This document shows positions 9,018-17,154 of a stretch of 34,970 nt of DNA, piece after piece. The DNA is taken from assembly GCA_012515925.1 (NCBI GenBank), contig JAAYXM010000033.1, positions 1 to 34,970 of the forward strand. Reading direction: 5' to 3'. The notes beneath the pieces were generated by a model. The model was not told where the DNA came from. It searched no databases and saw only the letters and a program-made list of their open reading frames with translations. How positions within the stretch are numbered: position 1 is the stretch's first letter; every line of letters begins with the position of its first letter. Both the position numbers and the translations under genes were made by a program. The DNA comes from Clostridiales bacterium (GTDB taxonomy: Bacteria > Bacillota > Clostridia > Oscillospirales > JAAYXM01).

Positions 9018-9167
9018 TATATTCATGACTTTGCTTGTTATCCTCCCCCGAGGGGGAGGATTAAACGGCAACTATACTTATATTACGGAAACTAAATATA
9101 TTCATGACTTTGCTTGTTATCCTCCCCCGAGGGGGAGGATTAAACGGCAATTATATTTATATTACGG
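9018..9167. repeat. Tandem direct duplication (two 71-nt copies, period 79 bp), each with a perfect GC hairpin (family copies B1 and B2)
   Basis: Copy 1 (9018-9088) and copy 2 (9097-9167) differ at 2 positions. The hairpins are TCCTCCCCC-GA-GGGGGAGGA at 9041-9060 and 9120-9139, with imperfect outer pairing TTGCTTGTTA / TTAAACGGCAA. Confidence 0.9.
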
Positions 9168-9179
9168 GAGAAGTATATA

Positions 9180-10151
9180 TTGAATATCGGAGATGTAAAA
9201 ATAAACGGCCGGGTGTTTCTCGCGCCGATGGCGGGCGTTACCGATTTCGCGTTTCGCGCGGTATGCCGTGAGCTCGGCGCGTCACTCACATATACCGAGA
9301 TGATAAGCAGCCGTGCCCTTGTTTATCAGGATAAGAAGACATGCCGCCTGCTCGATACGGACGGGCGCGATTTTCCGCTCGCGGTACAGATTTTCGGAAG
9401 CGACGCGGAAATAATGGCGGAGGCCGCGCGAAAGGCGGTAAGCCTTTCAAACGCCGCCCTGCTTGATATTAACATGGGCTGCCCGACTCCGAAAATCGTC
9501 TCAAACGGCGACGGCTGCGCGCTTATGAGGGATACAAAGCTTTCCGAAAAAATCATCCGCGCGGTGGTTTCCGCGGTAAGTATACCCGTGACGGTCAAAA
9601 TCCGCAAGGGCTGGGACGAAAGCCATATTAACGCCGTTGAGTTTTCCAAAACCGCTGAGGCCGCGGGCGCGGCCGCGATATGCGTTCACGGCAGAACAAG
9701 AACCCGGATGTATTCGGGCCGCGCGGATTGGGATATTATCGGACAAGCGGTATCCGCCGTAAAGATACCGGTTGTCGCGAACGGTGACATAAAAAGCGCG
9801 GAGGACTGCGTTAAAATCCTTGAGCACACGGGCGCCGCGGCCGCGATGATAGGCCGCGCGGCGCTCGGAAACCCCTGGATATTCTCCGAGGCAAACGCGG
9901 CAATCTCCGGCATTTCTCCGCCCGCGCCCCCGTCGCTTGAGGTACGCTTGGATACCGCCGCGCGTCAGATAGGCCTCTCCGCCGGCCGCAAGGGCGAAAA
10001 ACTCGCCATGCTCGAAGCCCGCCGGCATCTCGCGTGGTACTTAAAGGGTATCAGAAACGCGGGATGTTATAAGGACAGGGTATCCCACCTGTCCTCTTTG
10101 GATGAAATGTATACGCTTATTGACGAGATAAAATCCAATCGGGAAGACTAA
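9180..10151 (+). CDS. dusB: tRNA-dihydrouridine synthase
   Basis: 323 aa with [15 protein letters not shown] and VHGRTR motifs of the Dus family. TTG start with GGGAGAAG 7-8 nt upstream. Confidence 0.9.
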   Translation: MNIGDVKINGRVFLAPMAGVTDFAFRAVCRELGASLTYTEMISSRALVYQDKKTCRLLDTDGRDFPLAVQIFGSDAEIMAEAARKAVSLSNAALLDINMGCPTPKIVSNGDGCALMRDTKLSEKIIRAVVSAVSIPVTVKIRKGWDESHINAVEFSKTAEAAGAAAICVHGRTRTRMYSGRADWDIIGQAVSAVKIPVVANGDIKSAEDCVKILEHTGAAAAMIGRAALGNPWIFSEANAAISGISPPAPPSLEVRLDTAARQIGLSAGRKGEKLAMLEARRHLAWYLKGIRNAGCYKDRVSHLSSLDEMYTLIDEIKSNRED

Positions 10152-10816
10152 CCGAGCCGCCAGTCGACCGGCGTTTCCCCGTTTTCCGTTAAAATTCCGT
10201 TTGTCTTTGAAAAATGCCTGCATCCGAAAAAACCGTATGTCGCCGACAAGGGGCTCGGGTGCGCGGCTTCGAGTATGTAATGACGGGGGTTGGTAATAAG
10301 GCTCTTCTTTTCGCGCGCGGGTCTGCCCCAGAGCAGGAACACAACCGGCGTATCGCGGAAATTAAGACGCCGGATTACCTCGTCGGTAAATATCTCCCAG
10401 CCTTTGCCGCGGTGGGAATTCGCCTGCCCTTCCCGGACGGTCAGAACCGTGTTGAGCAGCAGGACTCCCTGCTTTGCCCACGGTATCAGACATCCGCCCG
10501 ACTGCGGCTCTATCCCCAAATCGGCGCGCAGCTCCTTGAATATATTGACAAGCGAGGGCGGCAGCGCTATACCCGGTTTTACGGAGAACGCGAGCCCGTG
10601 CGCCTGTCCCGGCCCGTGGTACGGGTCCTGCCCCAGTATCACGGCCTTGACGGACTCAAAGGGCGTAAGCCGCAGCGCGTTGAAAATGTCGTACATATCC
10701 GGGTATACGGTATGGTGCGTATATTCGTATTTCAGGAAATTACGCAGGTTATGATAGTATTCCTTATCGAATTCGTCCATTAACAGGTTGTCCCAGTCGT
10801 TACCCAAACATACCAT
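10148..10816 (-). CDS. ung: Uracil-DNA glycosylase
   Basis: 222 aa with [13 protein letters not shown] and HPSPLS family-1 UDG motifs. Confidence 0.93.
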   Translation of the reverse strand: MVCLGNDWDNLLMDEFDKEYYHNLRNFLKYEYTHHTVYPDMYDIFNALRLTPFESVKAVILGQDPYHGPGQAHGLAFSVKPGIALPPSLVNIFKELRADLGIEPQSGGCLIPWAKQGVLLLNTVLTVREGQANSHRGKGWEIFTDEVIRRLNFRDTPVVFLLWGRPAREKKSLITNPRHYILEAAHPSPLSATYGFFGCRHFSKTNGILTENGETPVDWRLG

Positions 10817-10841
10817 TTTTTTATCCCCGATATCTTTGTTG

Positions 10842-10874
10842 AAAACACCGGAGCGAAAAAGCCCCGGTGTTTTT
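10842..10874 (-). terminator. Rho-independent terminator downstream of rpmE
   Basis: Inverted repeat AAAACACCGG(AGC)...(GCC)CCGGTGTTTT. On the minus strand the stem ends in a U-run. It lies 12-44 nt after the rpmE stop. Confidence 0.6.
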
Positions 10875-10885
10875 AAAATTCGTAA

Positions 10886-11098
10886 CTACTTGCCTTCCTT
10901 GGACATACCGAACTTCCGGTTGAACCTGTCAACACGCCCGCCGGTATCGACAAGCTTCTGCTTGCCGGTGAAATACGGATGGCACTTGGAACAAATATCG
11001 ATTCTTATGTCCTTTTTCGTCGAACCGGTTTCTATAACCTCGCCGCACGCGCAGGTTATCTTAGTCTGACCGTATTCGGGATGAATATCCTTTTTCAT
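10886..11098 (-). CDS. rpmE: 50S ribosomal protein L31 (Zn-ribbon, C+ form)
   Basis: ORF-track ORF trimmed to the ATG at 11098 (GAGGTG SD). This gives [10 protein letters not shown]...CACGEV...[13 protein letters not shown], 70 aa. Confidence 0.93.
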   Translation of the reverse strand: MKKDIHPEYGQTKITCACGEVIETGSTKKDIRIDICSKCHPYFTGKQKLVDTGGRVDRFNRKFGMSKEGK

Positions 11099-11138
11099 TT
11101 TGTTCACCTCTTTCGGCAGCCGATAATGCAACATTAGA

Positions 11139-11167
11139 ATGATACCACATGGAAATAAAAAAATCAA
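11139..11167 (-). promoter_or_regulatory. Candidate sigma-A promoter of rpmE
   Basis: On the minus strand: TTGATT (11167-11162), a 17-nt spacer, then TGgTATCAT with -10 at 11144-11139. It is about 40 nt upstream of the rpmE ATG. Confidence 0.55.
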
Positions 11168-11174
11168 GACTTTT

Positions 11175-11342
11175 ATGCTGACTCGTGGATGCTTTTATTG
11201 TGCTGACTCGTGGATGCTTTTAGCTTCAGCAACGGCATTTACGGAATTTACAGATGAGTGCTGACATCTTCTGTCAGTATTGAAAGATAAATTCAGGCTA
11301 CGGTTTGCGGTTGTCTGTGCTGACGTTCGGTGCTTCTATAGC
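11175..11342 (+). repeat. Iteron-like direct repeats sharing (G/A)TGCTGAC
   Basis: TGCTGACTCGTGGATGCTTTTA occurs twice perfectly (11176-11197 and 11201-11222, period 25). Degenerate copies start at 11258 (GTGCTGACATCTTCTGTCAG, itself a hairpin) and at 11317 (GTGCTGACGTTCGGTGCTTCTATAGC). Confidence 0.8.
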
Positions 11343-11399
11343 TAAGAAACGCTTGAAAAAAATTGTAGATTTTTTACTGTATATAAAGTATAATAGACA

Positions 11400-11476
11400 A
11401 AGGTGATGGAGTTCACCTTTATATGCTTAAAGCTAATGACTCCTACTTTAAAAGGTAGGTGTCTTTTATTTTTTTA
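11400..11476 (+). promoter_or_regulatory. Fluoride riboswitch (crcB motif) with intrinsic terminator expression platform
   Basis: AAGGTGATGGAGTTCACC TTTATAT GCTTAAAGC TAATGA CTCCTAC matches the conserved crcB-motif layout: P1 GGNGATGG..TTCNCC, a short P3 hairpin, then GATGA-like and CCTAC with pseudoknot GGAG/CTCC. The terminator CCTACTT-TAAA-AAGGTAGG plus TGTCTTTTATTTTTTT overlaps the pseudoknot strand. A TATAAT at 11389-11394 places the TSS at about 11401. Confidence 0.85.
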
Positions 11477-11490
11477 AGGAGATGACCGGA

Positions 11491-11865
11491 ATGCAAAAAC
11501 TTCTTATTGTTGGTATCGGTGGGTTTATAGGTTGCTGCTTGAGATATCTAATAACTTCATATTCTCCCGGAATATTCGGTACTCAACTGCCCTATGGGAC
11601 TTTAACAGTCAATGTAATAGGTGGGATTTTAATAGGTTTTATTATGAGTTTCGGTATTAAATCAGAGGTAATATCTCCTAATTTAAAATTATTTCTTACA
11701 ACCGGACTAATGGGTGGATTAACGACATTTTCCACATTCAGCTATGAAACAATAAGCCTTCTTGATGGCGGTAATTACTTATTAGGTGCTTTAAATATCA
11801 TCTTAAACCTGTTTTTAAGCCTTGGTGGCGTTATACTGGGCAAGCTCATATCACAAATACTATGA
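11491..11865 (+). CDS. crcB: Fluoride ion channel CrcB/FluC
   Basis: Has GGFIGCCLRY and GGLTTFSTFSYE CrcB signatures and four TM segments. I prefer the ATG at 11491 (AAGGAG at 11476-11481, 9-nt spacing) over 11482. Codon usage is conspicuously AT-rich compared with the neighbouring genes. Confidence 0.9.
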   Translation: MQKLLIVGIGGFIGCCLRYLITSYSPGIFGTQLPYGTLTVNVIGGILIGFIMSFGIKSEVISPNLKLFLTTGLMGGLTTFSTFSYETISLLDGGNYLLGALNIILNLFLSLGGVILGKLISQIL

Positions 11866-11933
11866 TATCAGAACAATTGTGTTTCACTATTGAAAAAGTA
11901 AAAAGCGGCAATTATCCTTACAGCTCGCGGATT

Positions 11934-12623
11934 CTATACGTTAATTCCCATTAACTGCAGCGCGGATTTTGCCGCCATCTGCTCGGCTTCCTTTTTGCTG
12001 TGCCCTTCGCCCGTGCCTATCACGTTGCTGTTGAACAGCACCTCGACTATAAATTTCTTTTCGTGGTCGGGGCCGATTGCGTCACACAGGCGGTAGGACA
12101 TGACCTCCTCATGGCTTTTCTGAACAATCTCCTGAAGCAGCGTCTTGTAATCCGTAATCTCCTTGCTTTTGCCCTCTTCCTCGCGAAGTATGAACCGGTT
12201 TATAAACCGCCGCGCGACCTCCTCGCCGCCGTCTAAGTAAATCGCGCCGATAAGCGCCTCGAACGCGTCCGCCAATATCGAGGTTCTGTCGCGCCCGCCG
12301 CCGCTTTCCTCGCCTTTCCCGAGCATGAGGCAGGAGCCGAGCCCGATTTTGCGCGCGCTTTCGCATAGCGAGCTTTCGCACACAAGCGCCGACCTGCGTT
12401 TTGTAAGCTCACCCTCCTTAACGGACGGATATTTCTTATACAGGTATACCGAACATATCATACCGAGTACCGAATCTCCCAGAAACTCGAGACGCTCGTT
12501 GCTTTTAAGCTTTCTGTCGCGGTTTTCGTTGGCGTACGAGCTGTGTATCAGGGCAGTTTCTAAGTGTTTTCTGTTTTTGAATTTATATCCTATTCTCTCT
12601 TCCAGACGCTCCAAGCGGTTCAC
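11934..12623 (-). CDS. rnc: Ribonuclease III
   Basis: 229 aa with the RNase III signature ERLEFLGDSVL and a C-terminal dsRBD (GEGHSKKEAEQMAAKSAL). Confidence 0.95.
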   Translation of the reverse strand: MNRLERLEERIGYKFKNRKHLETALIHSSYANENRDRKLKSNERLEFLGDSVLGMICSVYLYKKYPSVKEGELTKRRSALVCESSLCESARKIGLGSCLMLGKGEESGGGRDRTSILADAFEALIGAIYLDGGEEVARRFINRFILREEEGKSKEITDYKTLLQEIVQKSHEEVMSYRLCDAIGPDHEKKFIVEVLFNSNVIGTGEGHSKKEAEQMAAKSALQLMGINV

Positions 12624-13627
12624 CCCTCCGTCATAAATCCGATGTCTTTTTCGATTTTTCCGATTATTCCGGTGTTGACGAATTCATACGCCTGACCGAT
12701 CGCGTTTTTAAAAGCGACCGCGTTCGCCGAGCCGTGCGCCTTGATGACTGGCTTTGATATGCCGAGAAGCGGCGCGCCGCCCGTTTCGTTATAATCGAAT
12801 TTTCTCTTAAACCCGCGTATGCCGCCCGAAACCATAAGCGCGGATAGCTTTGTTAAAACAGACTTCATGAAAATACCCTTCAGCTCGCGCGCGAAGTACA
12901 GCCCCGCGCCCTCAATCGCCTTAAGCAGGATGTTCCCGGTAAACCCGTCGGTGACGATAACGTCCGCCGCGCCGTACAGGACGTCCCGGCTTTCGATATT
13001 GCCGATAAAGTTTATCCGCTCCCCTGTCCCGCTTAAAAGCTCGAACGCCGCCTGCCGGAGCTTGTCTCCCTTATGCGGCTCGGTACCGATATTTAAAAGC
13101 CCCACGCGCGGATTTTTAACATTAAACACGTTTTCCATATAGTACGCGCCCATATAGGCAAACTGCAGCAGGTACTCGGGCGTGCATTCGGCATTCGCGC
13201 CGCAGTCTATCAGAAGCGCCTTTCCGTTTTCCGTCGGCAGAAGCGGCGAAAGCGCCGCCCGGCGGATTCCCTTTATTCGCTTTGCAATAAGGGTTGACTG
13301 TATGAGTAACGCCCCCGTGCTTCCCGCGGAGACTAACGCGTCGCCCTCACCGTTTGCGAGCGCTCTTAACGCTACCGTCATCGAGGCGTCCTTTTTCTCC
13401 TGCATAACGCTTGCGGGGTTGTCGTCCATCGTAACGACCTCGCGCGCGTCTATAACCGTGCTTTCGATATCCGCGTATTCCGGATGGCTTTCCGAAACCG
13501 AAAGTATCTCCTCTTTCCTGCCGACTAAAACAGGCTCTATTTTGTATTCGCGCGCGGCCATCAGCGCGCCGTGAACAATCTCGCGCGGCGCGTTATCCCC
13601 GCCCATTGCGTCAATCAGTATCCTCAT
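12620..13627 (-). CDS. plsX: Phosphate acyltransferase
   Basis: 335 aa with N-terminal IDAMGGDNAP and the typical PlsX length. A 4-nt overlap with the rnc start indicates translational coupling. Confidence 0.93.
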   Translation of the reverse strand: MRILIDAMGGDNAPREIVHGALMAAREYKIEPVLVGRKEEILSVSESHPEYADIESTVIDAREVVTMDDNPASVMQEKKDASMTVALRALANGEGDALVSAGSTGALLIQSTLIAKRIKGIRRAALSPLLPTENGKALLIDCGANAECTPEYLLQFAYMGAYYMENVFNVKNPRVGLLNIGTEPHKGDKLRQAAFELLSGTGERINFIGNIESRDVLYGAADVIVTDGFTGNILLKAIEGAGLYFARELKGIFMKSVLTKLSALMVSGGIRGFKRKFDYNETGGAPLLGISKPVIKAHGSANAVAFKNAIGQAYEFVNTGIIGKIEKDIGFMTEG

Positions 13628-13629
13628 AA

Positions 13630-14940
13630 TTACCTCCCCGAATTAATGCCCGAATTTTCTATCTCTCTGAGCGCGCGTTCGGCAATCATAATCCTTTTAT
13701 TACGCTTGCCCTTAAACCGTTCCTCAAGACGCGCGATAATACCGAAATTTATGTTCATCGGCTGAAAATCCGTAACGCTCCTGTTGCTTACATACGCCGA
13801 AAGCGCGCCTATCGCGGTTTTGTCCGAAAAATTTTCCGGGGAAAGCCCCGAGAGCCTTCGCGCAAGCATCAGTCCCGCGCAAAGCCCGGAAGCCGCGGAT
13901 TCCACATACCCCTCGACGCCCGTAATCTGACCGGCGAAATACACATCGGGATTGTCTATGAGCGAATAATCCGGGTTAAGCAGCCGGGGCGAGTTTATAT
14001 ATGTGTTTCTGTGCATAACGCCGTATCGCGCGAACTCGGCGTTTTTTAAGGCGGGAATCATCGAGAAAACCCGCTTCTGCTCGCCGAATTTCAGATGCGT
14101 CTGGAACCCCACGAGATTATACAGCGTGCCCGCCGCGTTGTCGCGCCTTAGCTGTACGACCGCGTAGGGCATGCTGTTTGTTCTGGGGTCTGATAATCCG
14201 ACGGGCTTTAACGGCCCGAAAAGCAGCGTGTCGCGACCGCGGCGCGCCATAACCTCGACGGGCATACAGCCCTCGAACACGTTTTCGTCCTCAAAGCCGT
14301 GTATCTCCGCCTGCCCCGCGCCCGTCAGCTCACGGTGAAACGCCTCGTATTCCTCGCGGGTCATCGGGCAGTTTAAATAATCGTCCCCGCCCCTGCCGTA
14401 GCGCGAGGCGAAAAACGCGTGGTTTAAATCTATGCTTTCAGCCGTGACAATCGGCGCTGCGGCGTCATAAAAGCTCAGATAATCGGCACCGACAAGCTTA
14501 CGTATCGAATCCGCGAGCTTGTCCGAGGTCAACGGCCCCGTCGCGACAATCACGGGCATATCCGCCGGAATTTCCGTAACCTCGCCGTGTACGACCGTGA
14601 CGGACGGGTGGCTTGTAATCCTTCCCGTTACGGTTTTCGAAAACACTTCCCTGTCCACCGCGAGCGCGCCGCCCGCGGCGACGCGGCAGGCATCCGCGCA
14701 CGCCATTATAAGCGAGCCGAGCCGGCGCATCTCTTCCTTAAGAAGCCCGACCGCGTTTTCGATTATATCCGACCTTAAGGAGTTTGAGCATACAAGCTCC
14801 GCGAAATCATCGGAGTTATGCGCAGGCGTTCTTTTCTCCGGCTTCATCTCGTGCAGGAATACATTAATCCCGCGTTCCGCGAGCTGCCACGCGGCCTCGC
14901 AGCCCGCGAGCCCCGCGCCTATTACCCGGACATTATTCAT
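13630..14940 (-). CDS. trmFO: Methylenetetrahydrofolate--tRNA-(uracil-5-)-methyltransferase
   Basis: 436 aa with the FAD motif [16 protein letters not shown]. It occupies the conserved Firmicute position directly downstream of topA. Confidence 0.92.
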   Translation of the reverse strand: MNNVRVIGAGLAGCEAAWQLAERGINVFLHEMKPEKRTPAHNSDDFAELVCSNSLRSDIIENAVGLLKEEMRRLGSLIMACADACRVAAGGALAVDREVFSKTVTGRITSHPSVTVVHGEVTEIPADMPVIVATGPLTSDKLADSIRKLVGADYLSFYDAAAPIVTAESIDLNHAFFASRYGRGGDDYLNCPMTREEYEAFHRELTGAGQAEIHGFEDENVFEGCMPVEVMARRGRDTLLFGPLKPVGLSDPRTNSMPYAVVQLRRDNAAGTLYNLVGFQTHLKFGEQKRVFSMIPALKNAEFARYGVMHRNTYINSPRLLNPDYSLIDNPDVYFAGQITGVEGYVESAASGLCAGLMLARRLSGLSPENFSDKTAIGALSAYVSNRSVTDFQPMNINFGIIARLEERFKGKRNKRIMIAERALREIENSGINSGR

Positions 14941-17134
14941 TGCCTTTACTTTTCGCGCGGGTTTTTTTCTTCGCCGCGCCTTTGGTCTTTGCGGTCTTTG
15001 CGGTCTTTGCGGCCTTTTCCGCCTTTGCGCCGCTCTTCGGCGTTTCCTTCTTCTCCTGCGGAACGTATTCGGAGCATTCCGGGTTAGCGCAGAACGGCTT
15101 CTTGGGACCGCGCCCCGAACGCTTATATAAGGTTTTGCCGCACGCCGAGCATTTTTCCTTTTGCGGGACGTCCCATGTCATGAATGTGCATTCGGGAAAC
15201 TTCTCACACCCGTAGTAGGTATAGCCGTTTTTCGATTTTTTCTTTAAAATCTTCCCGCCGCAGCTCGGACACTCACCGGGTGTTTCCTCCACAATCGCCT
15301 TCGTGTTTTTGCATTCGGGATATCCGGGACATGCCAGAAACTTCCCGAACCTGCCGGCTTTAATAACCATGTTCCTGCCGCATAATTCGCAGATTATATC
15401 CGTCTCCTCGTCGGGCACCTTAAGGCGCGTGTCCTTTAAATCAATCTCCGCCTGCTCCAATTCCTTTGAAAACGAGGAGTAAAAGCTTTCAAGTGTTTTC
15501 TTCCATTTCTTTCTGCCCTCCTCGATTTCGTCAAGGTCTTCCTCCATGCGCGCGGTGAACTCCACATCTATGATATCCTTGAACTTGTCCATCATCAGGC
15601 TGTTTACCACCTCGCCGAGAGGCGTGGGCTTTAAGAATTTATTTTCCTTTATGACATATTCGCGCTCGAGTATCGTTGAAATCGTGGGCGCGTAAGTGCT
15701 CGGGCGGCCGATACCCTTTTCCTCCATTGCCTTAATCAGGCTCGCCTCGGTATAGCGCGAGGGCGGGGTCGTAAAATGCTGGTCGGTCTTTAACTCAAAG
15801 AGCTTCAGGAAATCGCCCTGCTTAAGGTCTGGCAGAGCGCCATCCTCCTCTTTTGTGTTCTCGTCGCTTCCCTCGACGTACATCGCGGTATAGCCCGGAA
15901 ACGTTATTTTCGAGCTGGTCGCGCGAAAGATATACGAGCTCGCCTCAATATCGACGCTTATCGTATCGTATACCGCGTTTGACATCTGACACGCGATAAA
16001 GCGCGACCAGATAAGCTTATACAGCTTGTACTGCTCAGACGTAAGGCTGTCCTTTATTTCGTCGGGCGAAAGCTCCGCGTACGTCGGGCGGATAGCCTCA
16101 TGCGCGTCCTGTGACGTGCTTTTGGATTTATATACGCGCGCGGATTTCGGACGAAAATCCTCGCCGAATTTTTTCGCGATAAGCTCCCTCGCGGCGTGTA
16201 CAGCCTCCGCGGAAAGGCGCAGCGAATCCGTACGCATATAGGTAATAAGACCTGTGATGCCATGGTTTTTAACGTCTATTCCCTCATAGAGCTGCTGGGC
16301 TATCGCCATGGTACGCCGCGGGACCATGCCCAGCTTTCTTGAAGCCTCCTGCTGAAGCGTGGAGGTGTTAAACGGCGGCGCGGGCGCTTTCTGCTTCGGC
16401 GCCCTTTTAATCGATTTAACCGTAAACCGCGCGTCCTTTACCGCGTTTATTATGCCGTCGGCCTTGTCTTTCGACTCTATCTCGATTTTGCCCTTCGCGT
16501 CGCCGTAAAAGCGCGCGGTAAACCTTCCGTCCTTATCTTCCTTTCCGAGTATCGCGTCAAGCGTCCAGTACTCCTTCGACACAAACGCCCGTATCTCGTT
16601 TTCCCTGTCGATTACAAGCCGAGTTACGACCGACTGGACGCGTCCGGCGGAGAGCCCCCATCTGACCTTTTTCCATAAAAGCGGCGAAAGCATATAGCCC
16701 ACGATACGGTCAAGCAGCCGTCTCGCCTGCTGGGCGTCAACTAAGTTTATATCGATATCCCGCGGGTTGTTGATGCTTTCAAGCACAACCTTAGGCGTGA
16801 TTTCGTTAAACGCCACACGCTTGGTTTTACCGTCCTCCAGCTTCAGAAGCTCTTTTAAATGCCACGAAATAGCCTCCCCCTCGCGGTCCGGGTCGGTCGC
16901 GAGATAGACCTCCTCGCTTTCCGCGGCAAGCTTTTTAAGCTCGGAAATAATATCGTTTTTGCCGCGTATCGCGACGTATTGCGGCTCGAAGTTATTTTCG
17001 ATGTCAATTCCGAGCTTGCTCTTGGGCAGATCGCGCAGATGCCCCATGGAAGCCCTGACCTTATATTTTTTACCGAGATATTTTTCAATGCTTTTCGCTT
17101 TGGACGGCGACTCAACTATAACGAGATATGACAT
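14933..17134 (-). CDS. topA: DNA topoisomerase I (type IA) with three C-terminal Zn-ribbons and a lysine-rich tail
   Basis: 733 aa with [19 protein letters not shown], active-site Tyr context [10 protein letters not shown], three C4 Zn-ribbon motifs ([35 protein letters not shown]), and the tail [30 protein letters not shown]. Confidence 0.96.
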   Translation of the reverse strand: MSYLVIVESPSKAKSIEKYLGKKYKVRASMGHLRDLPKSKLGIDIENNFEPQYVAIRGKNDIISELKKLAAESEEVYLATDPDREGEAISWHLKELLKLEDGKTKRVAFNEITPKVVLESINNPRDIDINLVDAQQARRLLDRIVGYMLSPLLWKKVRWGLSAGRVQSVVTRLVIDRENEIRAFVSKEYWTLDAILGKEDKDGRFTARFYGDAKGKIEIESKDKADGIINAVKDARFTVKSIKRAPKQKAPAPPFNTSTLQQEASRKLGMVPRRTMAIAQQLYEGIDVKNHGITGLITYMRTDSLRLSAEAVHAARELIAKKFGEDFRPKSARVYKSKSTSQDAHEAIRPTYAELSPDEIKDSLTSEQYKLYKLIWSRFIACQMSNAVYDTISVDIEASSYIFRATSSKITFPGYTAMYVEGSDENTKEEDGALPDLKQGDFLKLFELKTDQHFTTPPSRYTEASLIKAMEEKGIGRPSTYAPTISTILEREYVIKENKFLKPTPLGEVVNSLMMDKFKDIIDVEFTARMEEDLDEIEEGRKKWKKTLESFYSSFSKELEQAEIDLKDTRLKVPDEETDIICELCGRNMVIKAGRFGKFLACPGYPECKNTKAIVEETPGECPSCGGKILKKKSKNGYTYYGCEKFPECTFMTWDVPQKEKCSACGKTLYKRSGRGPKKPFCANPECSEYVPQEKKETPKSGAKAEKAAKTAKTAKTKGAAKKKTRAKSKGNE
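14984..15010. repeat. 9-bp tandem repeat GGTCTTTGC x3 inside the topA 3' end
   Basis: Three perfect copies at 14984-14992, 14993-15001 and 15002-15010 encode (AKT)3 in the TopA tail. A degenerate fourth copy follows. Confidence 0.9.
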
Positions 17135-17154
17135 TAATTAACCTCCACACGTTT

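Noticed and set aside
8943-9071. N-terminal 43-aa extension of the 446-aa ORF (MPFNPPPRGRITSK...), which would make repeat copy B1 coding
   Set aside because: The internal ATG at 8942 has a GGAGGG SD and starts a textbook lipoprotein signal peptide (lipobox LASC). The extension merely reads through the GC hairpin (PPPRGR) and the AT-rich promoter DNA.
9018-9167. Mini-CRISPR array interpretation of the paired hairpin repeats (also at 22236-22368 and 25680-25805). The hairpin plus ATTAAAC-like tail superficially recalls type I repeats.
   Set aside because: There are only two units per locus. At 9018-9167 the would-be spacer is duplicated along with the repeat. At the other loci the repeats are diverged from each other. 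There are no cas genes and no leader. The pattern fits interspersed or duplicated repeats better.
11099-11167. 23-aa N-terminal extension of the L31 ORF
   Set aside because: Canonical L31 begins MKKDIHPEY. That ATG has a GAGGTG SD, and the extension overlaps the predicted promoter.
11175-11264. 29-aa ORF ([29 protein letters not shown]) reading through the direct repeats
   Set aside because: There is no SD. The repeat units are read in different frames because the 25-bp period is not a multiple of 3, which argues against coding selection.
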